A stretch of DNA of 64,000 nucleotides, taken from assembly GCA_043228905.1 (NCBI GenBank), contig JBHGNT010000018.1, positions 10,912,001 through 10,976,000 of the forward strand, written 5' to 3'. Both the position numbers and the translations under genes were made by a program. The stretch comes from Azolla caroliniana. Its lineage: Eukaryota > Plantae > Polypodiophyta. Each line of letters starts with the position of its first letter. Positions within the stretch are counted from its first letter, which is position 1. This document shows positions 34,062-46,163 of the stretch, piece after piece. The notes under the pieces are model-generated. The model did not search any database. It was given only the letters and a program-made list of their open reading frames with translations, and was not told the DNA's origin.

Positions 34062-37000
34062 TCAATTAGATTCCTCCATGTCTTCATTTTCATCCGGCCT
34101 ATTATGTTCATCGTCGAGGTAATCGAGGTCAGGATCCTTGTCTTGTCTTTTCTTGAAAATCTTTACTCTTTTTCCTGCAATGGGTACGGCCAACCTTGAT
34201 CCGTCTAGTTCCGCAAGGTGGTATGTGGCATTATCGTTGGCACTTGTCACCACATACGGCCCGAACCATCTTCTTGCGAACTTCCTTGTTGTACTGTGTT
34301 GATTGTCAAGGGTGCTGTCGTAAACCAAAACCCAATCCCCTTCTTCAATCTTCTTGGGACGAAGTCGATGCGTGTTGTTGAACCGAACTTTGTTCTTTAC
34401 TCGGGCCGCCTTCATCATCTTTCGCGCTTTTTCTAAATCTTCAGGTCTTCTTTCAAGTTGCCTTATCCGCGCCGCTAATAACTCTTCTCGGCTCATCTCG
34501 TTCTCCCACGGTATCGCTACCCATGAGGCGATCGTCCTTTCGATGGGCATAATCGGCTTTTGTCCATACATAAGCTCCGTCGGCATATACCCTGTCACCG
34601 AGCTATGTGTCGTTCTATCGGCCCACAAGGCATAGGGTAATAGTCGTGGCCAATTCCCGACTCGACCGTTGCATGCCCGTACGATGGCTTTAACGATAGG
34701 TCCATGCCCTCGCTCGATCTTCCCATTTGCTTCCGGATTGTAGGCAGTCGTGAGGGAGAGCTTCACGCCTAGTCTTTCGAAGAGCTCCGTCGCTTCGTGC
34801 GCGTCCAACTCCCCTCGGTCGGCCACTATCTTCCCTACACATCCATATTGGCAAACAACATCTTCAAGTAGAAATTTGCAAACGGCTGAAGTCGTCTTAT
34901 TTGTCAAGGCTCGTCCTTCCACTTGATTTGTCAAGTCTTCCCTTGCCAACGCTAAGTACTTCATTTGTCCCACTCCCATTGGCATCGAGACCAGATCCAC
35001 CATCCATTTGAAGTGTATGGTGAGTGGGTATGTCGGCTTTAACTCATCACGATGACGTATATTTGAATATACTTGGCAAGTTTCGCATGTGGACACGAAA
35101 TGGAGTACATCTTTGTACATGCTTGGCCACCAGTACTTCTCCTTCAACTTTTCGAACGTCGCCCATGTTCCTCTATGACCTGCCCAAGCACTCTCGTGGA
35201 ATTCGGTCATCAGCGTCTCTTGCTCTTCTTTCTTTACTACCACTCGTCGTGGTATTCCTGTCCTTCTTTTTGGATGTCGCCAAAGGAATCCTCCCTTCAA
35301 GAAGTATCGGTAAGCTTTCTTTCGGATTCGTAGGGCCTCCTCCTTTGTCAACGAAGCATCTGTCGTCAATGTTCTTAGGAATCTACCGATGAGTAACCAT
35401 TCTCCTTCGTACTCGTTCTCGTTGAAGGCGTGGAGGGTTTGCGTGTCCTGGTCTTCCGTCGACAATCGAGCCATCTTGAAGAAGTCGAGGGCGACATCTT
35501 CATCTTCCGAAACCATGTTACTTCCGTTTGAAAATCTTGCCCTCAACAGCATGTCAGCCATGGCGTTCTTCTTCCCTGCAATGTGACGGATCTCTGGGTT
35601 TAAAGACTTGATGTAGGCGATCCACCTTAGCATAGCAAGATCTGGGGTCGCACATCCCGAGACCATTCCGAGAATTGGGAGACAATCTGTCTCTATTATC
35701 ACTTCTGACCCGATCAGGTAATCTTTGTCCGTCTTCACTGCCGACACAATACCCCAAAGTTCCCGCTTGACTTGGGCATATCTTTGTTGTCATTCGCTGA
35801 GAACCTTTGCTCCGAACCGGACGGCATATCGCGCATTATCTTCACCTTCTTGATTGATGACCCACCCGATTCCGGTTGGGCTCGTATCTACGGTCACGTA
35901 AATTGGTTTCCCTTCGGCATAGTCGGCCTTCCTTAGTGCCGGAGCTTCAAGAAGTAGTTTCTTTAATCTTCGCATCGCCTCTGTGTGCTCGTCTCGCCAT
36001 TCGAACTTTATTCTTTTCTTTAGTAGTCCATATAACGGTTCGGCGACATGAGCGTAGTGAGGAATCCATATATGATCAAACGCGCATGCTCCAAGGAACC
36101 TTCGAACCTCCGTTTGGTTTTCGCATTCTTCTTTCATGTCTTGGATTGCGTTCACTTTGGATGGCGAGGGCTTCCGGCCGTATGCTCCACACAAGTGACC
36201 TACCACCAAGATCTCCGGTTGCCCGAATGCGGATTTTTCTCCCGAAAATGTCAAATTCGCATCTTCGAGCCTTTGAAGCACCTTCTCGCAATCTTTCATA
36301 TGATTCGCAACGAACTTTCTACAACCTTCCTTATCTTTCGATTCATCTTTCTCCTCATCCGAACATCCTTTTATCGGAATATCATCCAAGAATGGCATCG
36401 TGATGTCCAGAATGCAATCCTTCAAGACTTTATTCATGGCATTCACCATATGAGCCACCGAGTTCGTTGCGCCTTGGGGTAAGGTACACATCCGCACAAG
36501 CCCGATCGGAGTCCTCATGGTTGTAATGTCCCGATTGTCGATCGCCAATTGGAATTGGTCATATCCGGAGTAGAGATCGCCAATGGAGTAGATGGACCGG
36601 CCCGCAAACGCTTCGGCAAATTCGTCCACGCTCGGACCGATTCCGGCATTTCGAATTGTCACCTTGTTGATGGGTTGAAGATCTTGGATGAATCGCAATG
36701 ATCCATTCTTCTTCGGCACCGTGAACCACCTATTGGAATAAGGAGCATTCGACGGTTCTAGAATTCCCATACTCACCTTCTCCTTTAAGAGCTCGATCAG
36801 ATTCGGAAGGTGTGCTCTCGGAACCGGTATCGGTTTCAAGTTCCAAGGCACATGAGGTACCGTGAAGATCACCATCGGCTCTATAACCTTTGGGTCGGCG
36901 CATCCGATTTCTCGTGGGAAGAATGCGAAAGCCCTCCCATGTCTCTCAAGCATATCGCGAAACATTCGGTCCTCTTCAGGGAGAAGGAAATCCTCCTTTC

Positions 37001-37556
37001 CAACTCGTAGCTTCCCCTTCGTCTCTTTGGTGAAGACATGACCTATCTTCTTCGGATCTCTTAAGCTTGGATCGTTAGCGACTTCCTTCATCTTTTGCCA
37101 GCTATCTTCCGGTAGCGGAACCGCAACTGGCTTGATCTTCTTATCCACCGTTTTATATTTCGTGTTGATGTCAGCTTCCTTCATCGAGATGCCACGACGG
37201 TATTCATCGATGATAGCGTACATGTTGACGGAGTTAACCGAAATCACGCGTTGGTTGTGAAGATAGCTCAAGTCCACGACGTCCTCGATTTCGCCGATGG
37301 TGTCGTTAAATGAGGCTTCTTCCATAATATGAGTCACGAACTCTCCTTCTTCTATTATATTCTCTTCTTTCAGCATCTTCTCGAATTCTTGTATCCGGCG
37401 CTTGTGCTTCTTGTCGGGTAGTACTAGTTTACATGCGCCACTAGGTGTGACACATGTTGCTTCTCCTTGCAATCCACGCATTCTTCTTTCTTGTGGGGTC
37501 TTGTGATTGCTCGGACTATTTGTGCCCCATGCTTCAATAGTCCGCTCTAAAAATCC
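34062..37556 (-). CDS. pol: Element D pol (RT-RNase H-integrase), one premature stop at 35790
   Basis: ORFs 35790-37481 (PFLDD) and 34062-35747 (HHCC, DDE, GPY) are in one frame, separated by a TGA; the frame is open up to the slippery site at 37556. Confidence 0.92.
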
Positions 37557-39746
37557 GAGGATTCGCCTCCGAGACTATCTCGATTCCTTTCATGATTGGC
37601 TCGCACCGTTAGGAATTGGACCGATCTTTGGTTGTCAAGACTCTTTATTCGTGCGAAGGCTGCTCCATTATCGAACACTCTGGTCTCCATCCAAGATGAT
37701 GTGATATAAGGTTGCCCTAGGATGACAGGATGCAACGCCGATTCTTGTACGAAGAAGTGTTGATCCATCTCCACATCCCCGATCGTGACTTTGACATTGG
37801 GACAAGCTCCGTACAAGTCCTCCGTAGACTTTGTTGCCGCGCGAATCTTCCATCCGTGGTTTGTATTGATTGGCCATCTTCCCTTTTTGTAGAAGTCGGT
37901 TGACATGAGGTTGATCTCCGAGCCGTGGTCGATCAAGGCTACGACGGTCTCTTTCTTCTCCCCGATCTTCACCAGCGTCTCCGTTGTCGCTCGTGCCCAA
38001 TGAGGTCGAGTGTAGTGGCTGTCCACCATATCTTCATCGATTTCGTCTCTTGCCATCGTTATGGCATTCGTTTTTGCTTTTTGCGGCTTCTCTTCTTCCT
38101 CGTCCGATTGTTGTCTCTTTCTCTTTACAAGGTCCACGATCGTGTCATGGAACTCCTTCTTCGTAATGCCAAGCAATTCCCTCAAGGACAAAGTTATGTG
38201 GCTATCAAGAACTCGTTCTTCAAGAATCTTCTTTAGGTCCGTCGTCTGCTCTATGTCCGACCTTAGCTTATAGGTAGGTATGGTCCTTGTCCTCCGAGCG
38301 GGGTCTTCGACACCAACCTTCACGGGCCGAACTGTTTCTTCAACTCGTATGCTCGGCTCCCCTTTTCGGCTTGATTCTCGTTCCTCCGTTTGTAAAGGTC
38401 GACTCATCTCTGCATCGTCCTTCTTTTTCGCGTTCCTTGTTTCATGTCTTTTTGATGGCCCTTGCTCTTCTATTCTCTTTCTCTTTTCTTCGACGAACAC
38501 CTCGTGGTTGTCGCACATCACCTCTGCAAGTATGGTGTTGTCGTCCACCGGATCCGACCACCCGGTTATGCTTTGCACGCTTCGGTCCGCAAGCTCTACC
38601 TCGTTCGATGTGATTTTTCCCTTCTTCTCATATTCGAGAACGGAAGTCCAAAACTTTGCTCCCGCTCTAGCAGCTTCAGTCTTGTCTTTCCCGACTCTTA
38701 TTCCGGCCGACGCAGCATAGTGCATCGCATCCACATGAGTTGCATCGGCATCCTCCATAGATCTCTTCATTCCTCCTCTTCCGAAATTCACCCGTAGGGG
38801 TCTTCTAGTCTCGCTTGAGCAGATCATGTTGTCCTCTATGTATACGATATTTTGTCGAATCGCCTCTCGAAGGCTCGCACAATCCCTTCTCATGTGGTCC
38901 ATGCTATCGCACCACACGCATCTAAAGGGTTCTTTTCCTTTAGGGCCCCGACGATTCATGTTGGCTAGAGTAACCTTCTCGAACTTCTTCGCTAGCTCTT
39001 CAATGATGTCGTCATCAATCTTCTTTTCTTCCACGTTACTTTGTCTTGACGGCTCAGCTACTTTCGACGTTCTTGCTTTCTCCGTGGTAGTCGGTCCCGT
39101 CAAGTCGGTGTCATCAACCCATTGGCAACGCTTGTCGAGCCTATTGCATGCCCGCTTCACCGCGATCCAGTCCGCTACGAGCCCATTTGCTTGGGTATCA
39201 TCTTCGAGAAGAGTCCCCAACTCCCGTCTATCCTTTATGTCCACGGCCTTCAAGAAGTACAAAGTCTTGTCCTCTTCAAGCAACACTTGGTCCGTATTGG
39301 GGAGACGACTAAACATCTGGTTGAATTCGTCGTACACCCTCGAGACGCTCATCTTCTTATTCTTCTTCTCTATCCACTTCATCAGGGCATGTCGAGTCAT
39401 CCTCGTTGAGTCTTCAGTCACAAACTCCGCTAGTATCGTTTTCTCGAACTCGGACCATGTTGTCTTACCTTCTTGAAGCTCGATGACGCGTCTTTGGATG
39501 TTGTTGGCGACAACTCTCTTGAAGCTTGTCAAAGGCCTCGGACACGTCCCTTTGATTCATCTCCCTTCTATATGCATCAAGGAACTTCGTAACGTTCCTT
39601 CCATCGAATTGGCCCTCGAGCTCTACGACACAATCGACAGCCTTCTCCACGCTCGCATCGTTGTCCCGAGATCTCATCATTTGCTCGACGATTAGCATCA
39701 TCCTTTCGAGCTCTCCCGCTTGGTTGCTTGAGGACGCCATCTCCAA
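37547..39746 (-). CDS. gag: Element D gag-protease (one frameshift near 39530)
   Basis: ORFs 39465-39746 and 37547-39532; knuckle CVWCDSMDHMRRDC; protease LIDHGSEINLM...ILGQP. Confidence 0.9.
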
Positions 39747-39808
39747 GTATTAATCTCGACTTGATCCTTCCTACCGCCTCGTTTCACGTCGGGTTCACCA
39801 CTTGATTA

Positions 39809-40904
39809 TGTCGTGAAGATACGTCACTACGCGCGGATCGTGAGGCGGAACCGCCGGGGTTCTGGACCGGAAGGATTCAAAGTCGATACAAGCTTTGGCG
39901 AGAAAGTACTTAAGATAGATTGGGAAAGAGAGAAGTTGAGATTAAACGATTGAGAAAGATTGATTGAAGTTTTATCTTTGGATTTAAGAAACAAGTTACA
40001 CCATCAATTTGATAACGAATTTCTTCTTCTTCATTTCATAATAAAAAACCGTGTTTTTTCTCCTCCCCCTTCCCTCTTTTATAGATGCTCTCATGCATAT
40101 GATGCATGTGAGGGTACAAGACATGCATAAATTGCATGTTTGCCATTTGGCGCTTAAGTATTACATGTGGTGCATGATAACCATGTCACTCATTTTAGCT
40201 CTCATGTATGAGAATTTACATCTAAAAGTACAATGATAGAAATATAATTTCAACTAAATAGCATGGCTTAATGGTAAGCCAATTGACTCCTAACTTGGAG
40301 GTGCAAGGTTCGAATCCTTACTTGCCCTCCTTTTATATGTAAATATGTATATATATTTATATATTTATTTATCTAGTCGTCGGATGCCGGTTTGCCGGAT
40401 ACCGTCGGTTACCGGTGCGTCGCCGGATGCCGGTGCCGGTGCCGGATACCATCGGATACCGGTGCCGGATGCCGTCGGTTACCGGTGCCTCGCCGGATGC
40501 CGTCGGATCACCGGCTCCATCGCCGGTCCGGTTTTGGTTGGCCAAAACCCTTTACGAGGAGCTAGCCACCTCCACTCTTAGTTTAAGTTACCTTGAACTC
40601 TCTATGCTCCACACATAGACACAAAGATAATATCTTTTGCTCCACCTTATATATGATGAGAGCCGTATTTGTCGTGCCTATTGGGATATCTCACAATTTT
40701 CTCTTTTCTTTTCACAAACTTTATACCCTCATATCTTGACATTTAGTTGTCCATTTCTCGTGTAATAAAGTGCATTCGAAACCTCCATCATTTTGTACTT
40801 AGATATTAAAAGTGTTATCTTCACAATTATTGTATTATGTGATTCATACTCGATTTCGTACGTTTTATGGGATTTTCACACTATTGCCGAAAATCTTCAC
40901 GACA
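39809..40904 (-). repeat. 5' LTR of element D
   Basis: TGTCGTG...CACGACA; PBS 8 nt away. Confidence 0.95.
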
Positions 40905-41435
40905 ACGTGAAAATACTCTTAGAACTAACTTCCCTAACTTTCCATTGCAAGAGTGCAATGTCTTAAAGAGGGGGGGAGTATGTTACGTGCATGGCCATAT
41001 AATATCCCGTGGTGAGAATTTACTGTAGTATTGTATACACGTGGATAAAGTGTGAGGGTTAAACGAGAGTGTAAAGAAGGGGGAGATTACTTTTAATCCT
41101 CGGGATTGAGACAACCCATTAGGCCAAGTGTGAACTTGCCTGGGGGCCTTAGGTCTAGCTATAAATATGAGGCCTAGCTACCCTCATTCGACACATTATC
41201 GACTATGTCGAGACTCTGACATTGTGGTGGGTCAACTCTTGTAGCAAGCGTGCTAGCACCAGGTACGACTCGATACCACGACGGTAGTATGGGACGCTGA
41301 TCAAGGCTCGAGTCCGTCTCGATCCTTCGCTCAGGGGTGGTCGGGTGGATCGGCACCCTTCTTTCTCTCTCTCCTTTCTTATTTATCTATCTTTTATCCT
41401 TATCATATGCTTACATTAGTAGCTAAGTTCTAATA

Positions 41436-42720
41436 GTGTACAAGGTAAAGTACAACACCGATGGCTCCGTCAACCAGTACAAGGCTAGATTGGTGGCAAA
41501 GGGTTATGCACAGCAGCATGACATCGACTACGATCACACATTCGCGCCGGTCGCGAAGATGACAAGTTCAACCGTTCGTGTTTTGCTTGCAGTATCAATG
41601 ACGAACGGATGTCACCTACACCAGATGGACGTGAAGAATGCATTCCTACAAGGAGAGCTCGAGGAACATATGTACATGCAACCTCTCGGATTTCAATCTG
41701 GATTGAACACATCAGTTGTCAGCCGACTAGAGAAGTCCATGTAAGGATTAAAGCAAACCTCGTGTGCTTGGAACACGAAGATCACGTAGAGATTGCATCG
41801 GATGGGGTTTGCTCCATAGAAGTTGCACTCATCATTGTTCATTCGGCAAGGTCGGAATGGGCCCCCGGTAAGCATACTGCTATCTATATGTGGATGACTT
41901 GGTCATCGTTGGCACCGACCTGTAAGAAATCGACCGCGTGAAGTCCCAACTAGCCGCATCATTCGATATGAAGGATCTGGAAGATCTTCATTACTTCCTT
42001 GGGATCGAAGTGATCCATACCTCGGAAGGTATACTGATCAGTCAACGACACTATGTATTAAGTAATATCTTCAAGTTTGGAATGACGGATTTACAACTCT
42101 TCTAGACTGAAACGTCAAGCCTCGCCAAGGATCGGGAACGGCGTGTGATGTGACATGGTTTCGATAGATTGTTAGAAGCCTCATATACTTGACCATCATC
42201 CAGTCGGACCTCAGCTATCCGGTCAGATTGGTTAGTTGGTTTATGTCGCAACCAACCATTGACCACCTTCAGTGCTCACATCGAATCTTGGGACATGTGA
42301 GCAGCACGAAGGATGGAGGGTTGTTGTATCAGATCGGTTTTGCCGGACAGTTAGTTGGCTACACGGATGCCGATTGGGCCGAAAATGCCAACGATTGTAG
42401 GTCAACGTCCGCTTTTGCATTCTCACTTGGAAGCACAATGATCGCTTGGAGCAGTAAGAAGTAGTTGATAGTTGCATTGTCAAGCATCGAGGTTGAATAT
42501 CAAGGAGCGGCTATTAAGGGATTTGCAGATGGAGGTGTCCGAGCCGACAATGATATATTGTGACAACCTCAACAATATCTAGCTAGCAAAGAACCTCGTC
42601 TTCCACGCCCGGACAAAGCACATTGAGGTGCATTATCATTTCGTCCACGAACGAGTCCTCTCTAGTGAAGTGGAACTACAATATGTTCTGACTGATCGGG
42701 AGGTTGCCGATATCTTTCCA
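41436..42720 (+). pseudogene. pol: Ty1/copia RT-RNase H fragment
   Basis: YKARLVAKGYAQ, HQMDVKNAFLQG, YVDDL, YTDADWA and HARTKHIEVHYHFV motifs, with stops and frameshifts. Confidence 0.9.
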
Positions 42721-43298
42721 ATACGGTTGAGTGAATCGTGATCAATGTGAAGGTTCAATTTTTAACGGATGTAGTGTTTAATAACATCTACACTAGATTT
42801 AACTCTTTCCCACGAATTTTAAAGGAAGTGGTCATCAAAGTAGCTTCCTCAAAGGTGATCATATTGATAAGATTGTAAATGAAGCATCATGTTAACCTCA
42901 TTAATATGACTCAAGGTATTAACGACTAATTGACAAACCGTTTCAAGCTATCTAATAGAAGATTGAATAAAGAGAAATTGTAGCATAGTTGTAAAACCCA
43001 AACAATAATCCAAGAATGGAGAACTCATAAATACGTCTCAAGAATGGAGATACATCTCTAGAAGATATGTGTGAGTAAACTCATAAATAGTGTTTCAAGT
43101 AGATGGATGCACCACCACTACAATTATGACCTCTGGGACCAAATAAACATATGTGATGCGTTGTTAAGAAGGGGGATAACTACTATGTAGTAACAACTCT
43201 CCATGTGAAAATATTGCACACACATTAGTGCCCACCCTTCTTGGTGTGGGTTTGATTGAGTATGAGACTTACGGGGTGGGAGCAACCGAGAGTTGGGG

Positions 43299-43686
43299 AG
43301 AAGTTTGGAAGCAAATGTATATACATATGTGTATATTATGTATGCACGACATACATGGATGGATAGGATAGTCTTCTTTTTTATTTAATTAAGAGTATCA
43401 ATCATCCAAGAAGGAAGCAACAGCAACACCTTCAATCAAAATACATACATACATACATACATAATTCCCTCCCTCCAATATAAAAAATTAGAAGTTTGGA
43501 AGCAAATGTATATACATATGTGTATATTATGTATGCACTGCGGACATGGATGGATAGGATAGTCTTCTTTTTTATTTAATTAAGAGTATCAATCATCCAA
43601 GAAGGAAGTAGCAACAACACCTTCAATCAAAATACATACATACATACATACATACATACATAATTCCCTCCCTCCAATATAAAAAA
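43299..43686. repeat. Tandem duplication (~190 bp x2) abutting the MULE
   Basis: AGAAGTTTGGAAGCAAATGTATATAC...CCCTCCAATATAAAAAA occurs twice, each with (TACA)n. Confidence 0.85.
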
Positions 43687-45948
43687 GGGAAAAGTACTAG
43701 GATACCCTTGGAAGTTTGTCTATTTACCAGAATGCCCCTGGAAGTTCCAAATTTACCAAACTACCCTTATGTCCAAAAAAATACACTTTATAAACTAATT
43801 ATACACTCAAATCTACAAGCCCTATTTACCATAATACTCTTCAAACACAATTTTCTTTTACTTAAAGGGATTCTTCCAAGCATATCCTTGTACTTTTCCC
43901 TAAATTATAATATTAGGAAGAAGCTTTTCATTTCCACATCATTAATAATACTCATAATAACACTAACTCTGCCTCGTCTTCGGCTTGCTCTTCTCCTCAT
44001 GTTATCAGGAAATATAATCAGCCTTTAATCCACGTGAGTAACAACAATATTGACAATCTGGGTAGCTTTAATGGAAGCTTGAGTGTGAACTGTGTTGCCA
44101 TTACGCCGCCTCTACTGCCACCAATGGTCCCCCCCACATGAGCAGTGATGTGAGCAACGCCCGCCTGGCAATGGATCCAGGGTCGCCGCCATTCTAGCCC
44201 TTCCCACCAACACCAGCACCATCATCATCTGAATCATGATTCTGCCCACCACCATGGCCGCTTCCTCTGCCCACCAGGACGGACAAGGATCACCATCATT
44301 TGAATCATGCTTCTGCCCGCCCTACACATCTTCATCTCCTCCAATCGCCGCCGCCTAATGCTATGCTTAATCCCACCAGCCTTAACAAACCCTGCCATCG
44401 ATCAAATTCCGTTTGATGAGGATGTGATCAGGCCGCCCTAGACCTTCAAGGTTATCAGCATCAGCAGTATGTCCAGTGATTCCTGCTTCAAATCTGAAGC
44501 CATGGATCGAATGATCAGTAACACTACGAAGGTGCCGCCCCTAAATCAGAATCCTACCAATCTCCACCAAATTGAAGCTACAATTACTGATCAAGAAATC
44601 CCTCCCCGCAATTAGCTGCCATCACTCTTCGACGAGCTGGACCTCTATAGCCTCAAAGCTTGCATGGTGGAGGCAGATCTCCCTCACCTATGCCCGTCGC
44701 CGCCTGTACGTCTCGCCGCCTCTCGTGATCCCATTCACAAACTGCCTGATACTCCTAATGTGGCATTGATTGACGTCATCCAGAAGATTCTTCGTCATTT
44801 CGCCGCCCAATTCAAATCAGGTCCTGTAGGATCGAATTGTAATCCATGATCACAGAATGGATTAGGAATGCCCTGATCTGCAGGGCGACGAAGACGTCTT
44901 GGTATTAGTAGTTGTTCTCTTCCCCATCCTTCCCATCTCCATCACCATCCCCACGCTTCCCTCTCTTCTTTGATGTTCCTTTCTTCTTCTCCCCTTGACC
45001 TTGATGGCGATGAGAGCGATCAAGTAACAACCTGCGGTGAGGCACAACACTACGGCCGTTGCCCCTCCTGAAGCTATCAGAATTATGGCGAGCTTGCTCA
45101 ACTGGGCTTGCCTCTGCTTCTTCGCCTCCTTTGCTTCCGTCCCTAGGATTATAGAGGGAGCAGAAGGAGAAGAAGGAACCATAACTGAAGATGATGAGTT
45201 GCTACAGCATTGTGCTGCCGTTCCTTGCAATGGCGTCCCAGACAAGTCTACGTTACCTAGGAAAGAAGAAGCAGAGAAAGCTCCGAGCGAAGGAGGGTTG
45301 CTGCCACTGAGCTTGTTGAAAGATTATAGGAGCATTATGCTGGAGACGAATTCATCGACTCTGACTTGAACAATGAGGAACATTATGCAGAGGCAACATC
45401 AATACTAGAGCTTGACTATGAAGATTATAGGAGCTCAAGGGGGATGAGCAGTGCGAGTACTCGAAGCTCTAGCCAACCTATAGGCTGCATTCAGGTAGCG
45501 ACTATGTTCATATGTCTCGCAGAAGACCCGATCTTTTCTTCCATAGAACTACATGCATAGATTAGTACACCAATGGCAATCTTGCATAGTGTAACAATTT
45601 CTCACCCCAATCAGAATCTGTGCGCATAGAAATCGCTGCCATGGATCCTCAGATGTATAGAGAACGTGGACGCGGAAGTATTGAGGGGGTAATTATGGAA
45701 GGAACGGATGATGATTATGATGAGCAGATGAGTTGCAAGAATAAGTACCAAGATACCTTGGAAGAATCCCTTTAAGTGAAGAAAATTGTGTTTAAAGGGT
45801 ATTCTGGTAAATAGGGCTTGTAGAGTTCAGTGTATAATTACTTTGTGAAGTGTATTTTTTGGACATAGGGGTAGTTTGGTAAATTTGAAACTTTCAGGGG
45901 TATTCTGGTAAATAGACAAACTTTCAGGGGTATCCTCGTACTTTTCCC
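43687..45948. mobile_element. Non-autonomous Mutator-like element (Pack-MULE)
   Basis: ~210-bp imperfect TIRs starting GGGAAAAGTAC and ending GTACTTTTCCC; 9-bp TSD TATAAAAAA (43678-43686 / 45949-45957); no transposase; gene-like internal fragments. Confidence 0.9.
44862..45330 (-). pseudogene. Captured LRR receptor-like kinase fragment (last LRR, C-cap, transmembrane, juxtamembrane)
   Basis: The - strand reads NKLSGSNPPSLGAFSASSFLGNVDLSGTPL...C then LSKLAIILIASGGATAVVLCLTAGCYLIALIAIKVKGRRRK, the typical LRR-RLK 'FxxSSFxGNxxLCGxPL' cap plus TM. Confidence 0.7.
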
Positions 45949-46163
45949 TATAAAAAATACATACCATAGGTAGGTAGGCATGGGCCATGGCATACAATAC
46001 ATAGAGACATACACAGAATGTGTTTGTTCATAGGATACACAAAGAGAGACAGACGCAGACGGGCAGATAAAGCAAGAGAGAGAGAGAGACACACACACAC
46101 GCACGCATAAACACAAGAGACAGAGAGAGACACACACACAGAGACAGAGACAGAGACAGAGAG

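Larger units (their letters stand above)
32905..40904 (-). mobile_element. Ty3/gypsy element D (tRNA-Trp-primed, Phygy-like), full-length and young
   Basis: Near-identical LTRs 32905-33989 and 39809-40904; TSD ACGT; PBS 39783-39800; PPT GGTGGGGGTGGA; complete gag-PR-RT-RH-INT. Confidence 0.95.
27421..41435 (+). mobile_element. Chromovirus C2 (second copy of family C), 5'-truncated and decayed; hosts F and D
   Basis: Colinear with C1 from ~18390 onward; gag ~28173-29160; pol to ~32904, resuming at 40909; PPT AAAGAGGGGGGGAG; 3' LTR 40981-41435. Confidence 0.88.
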
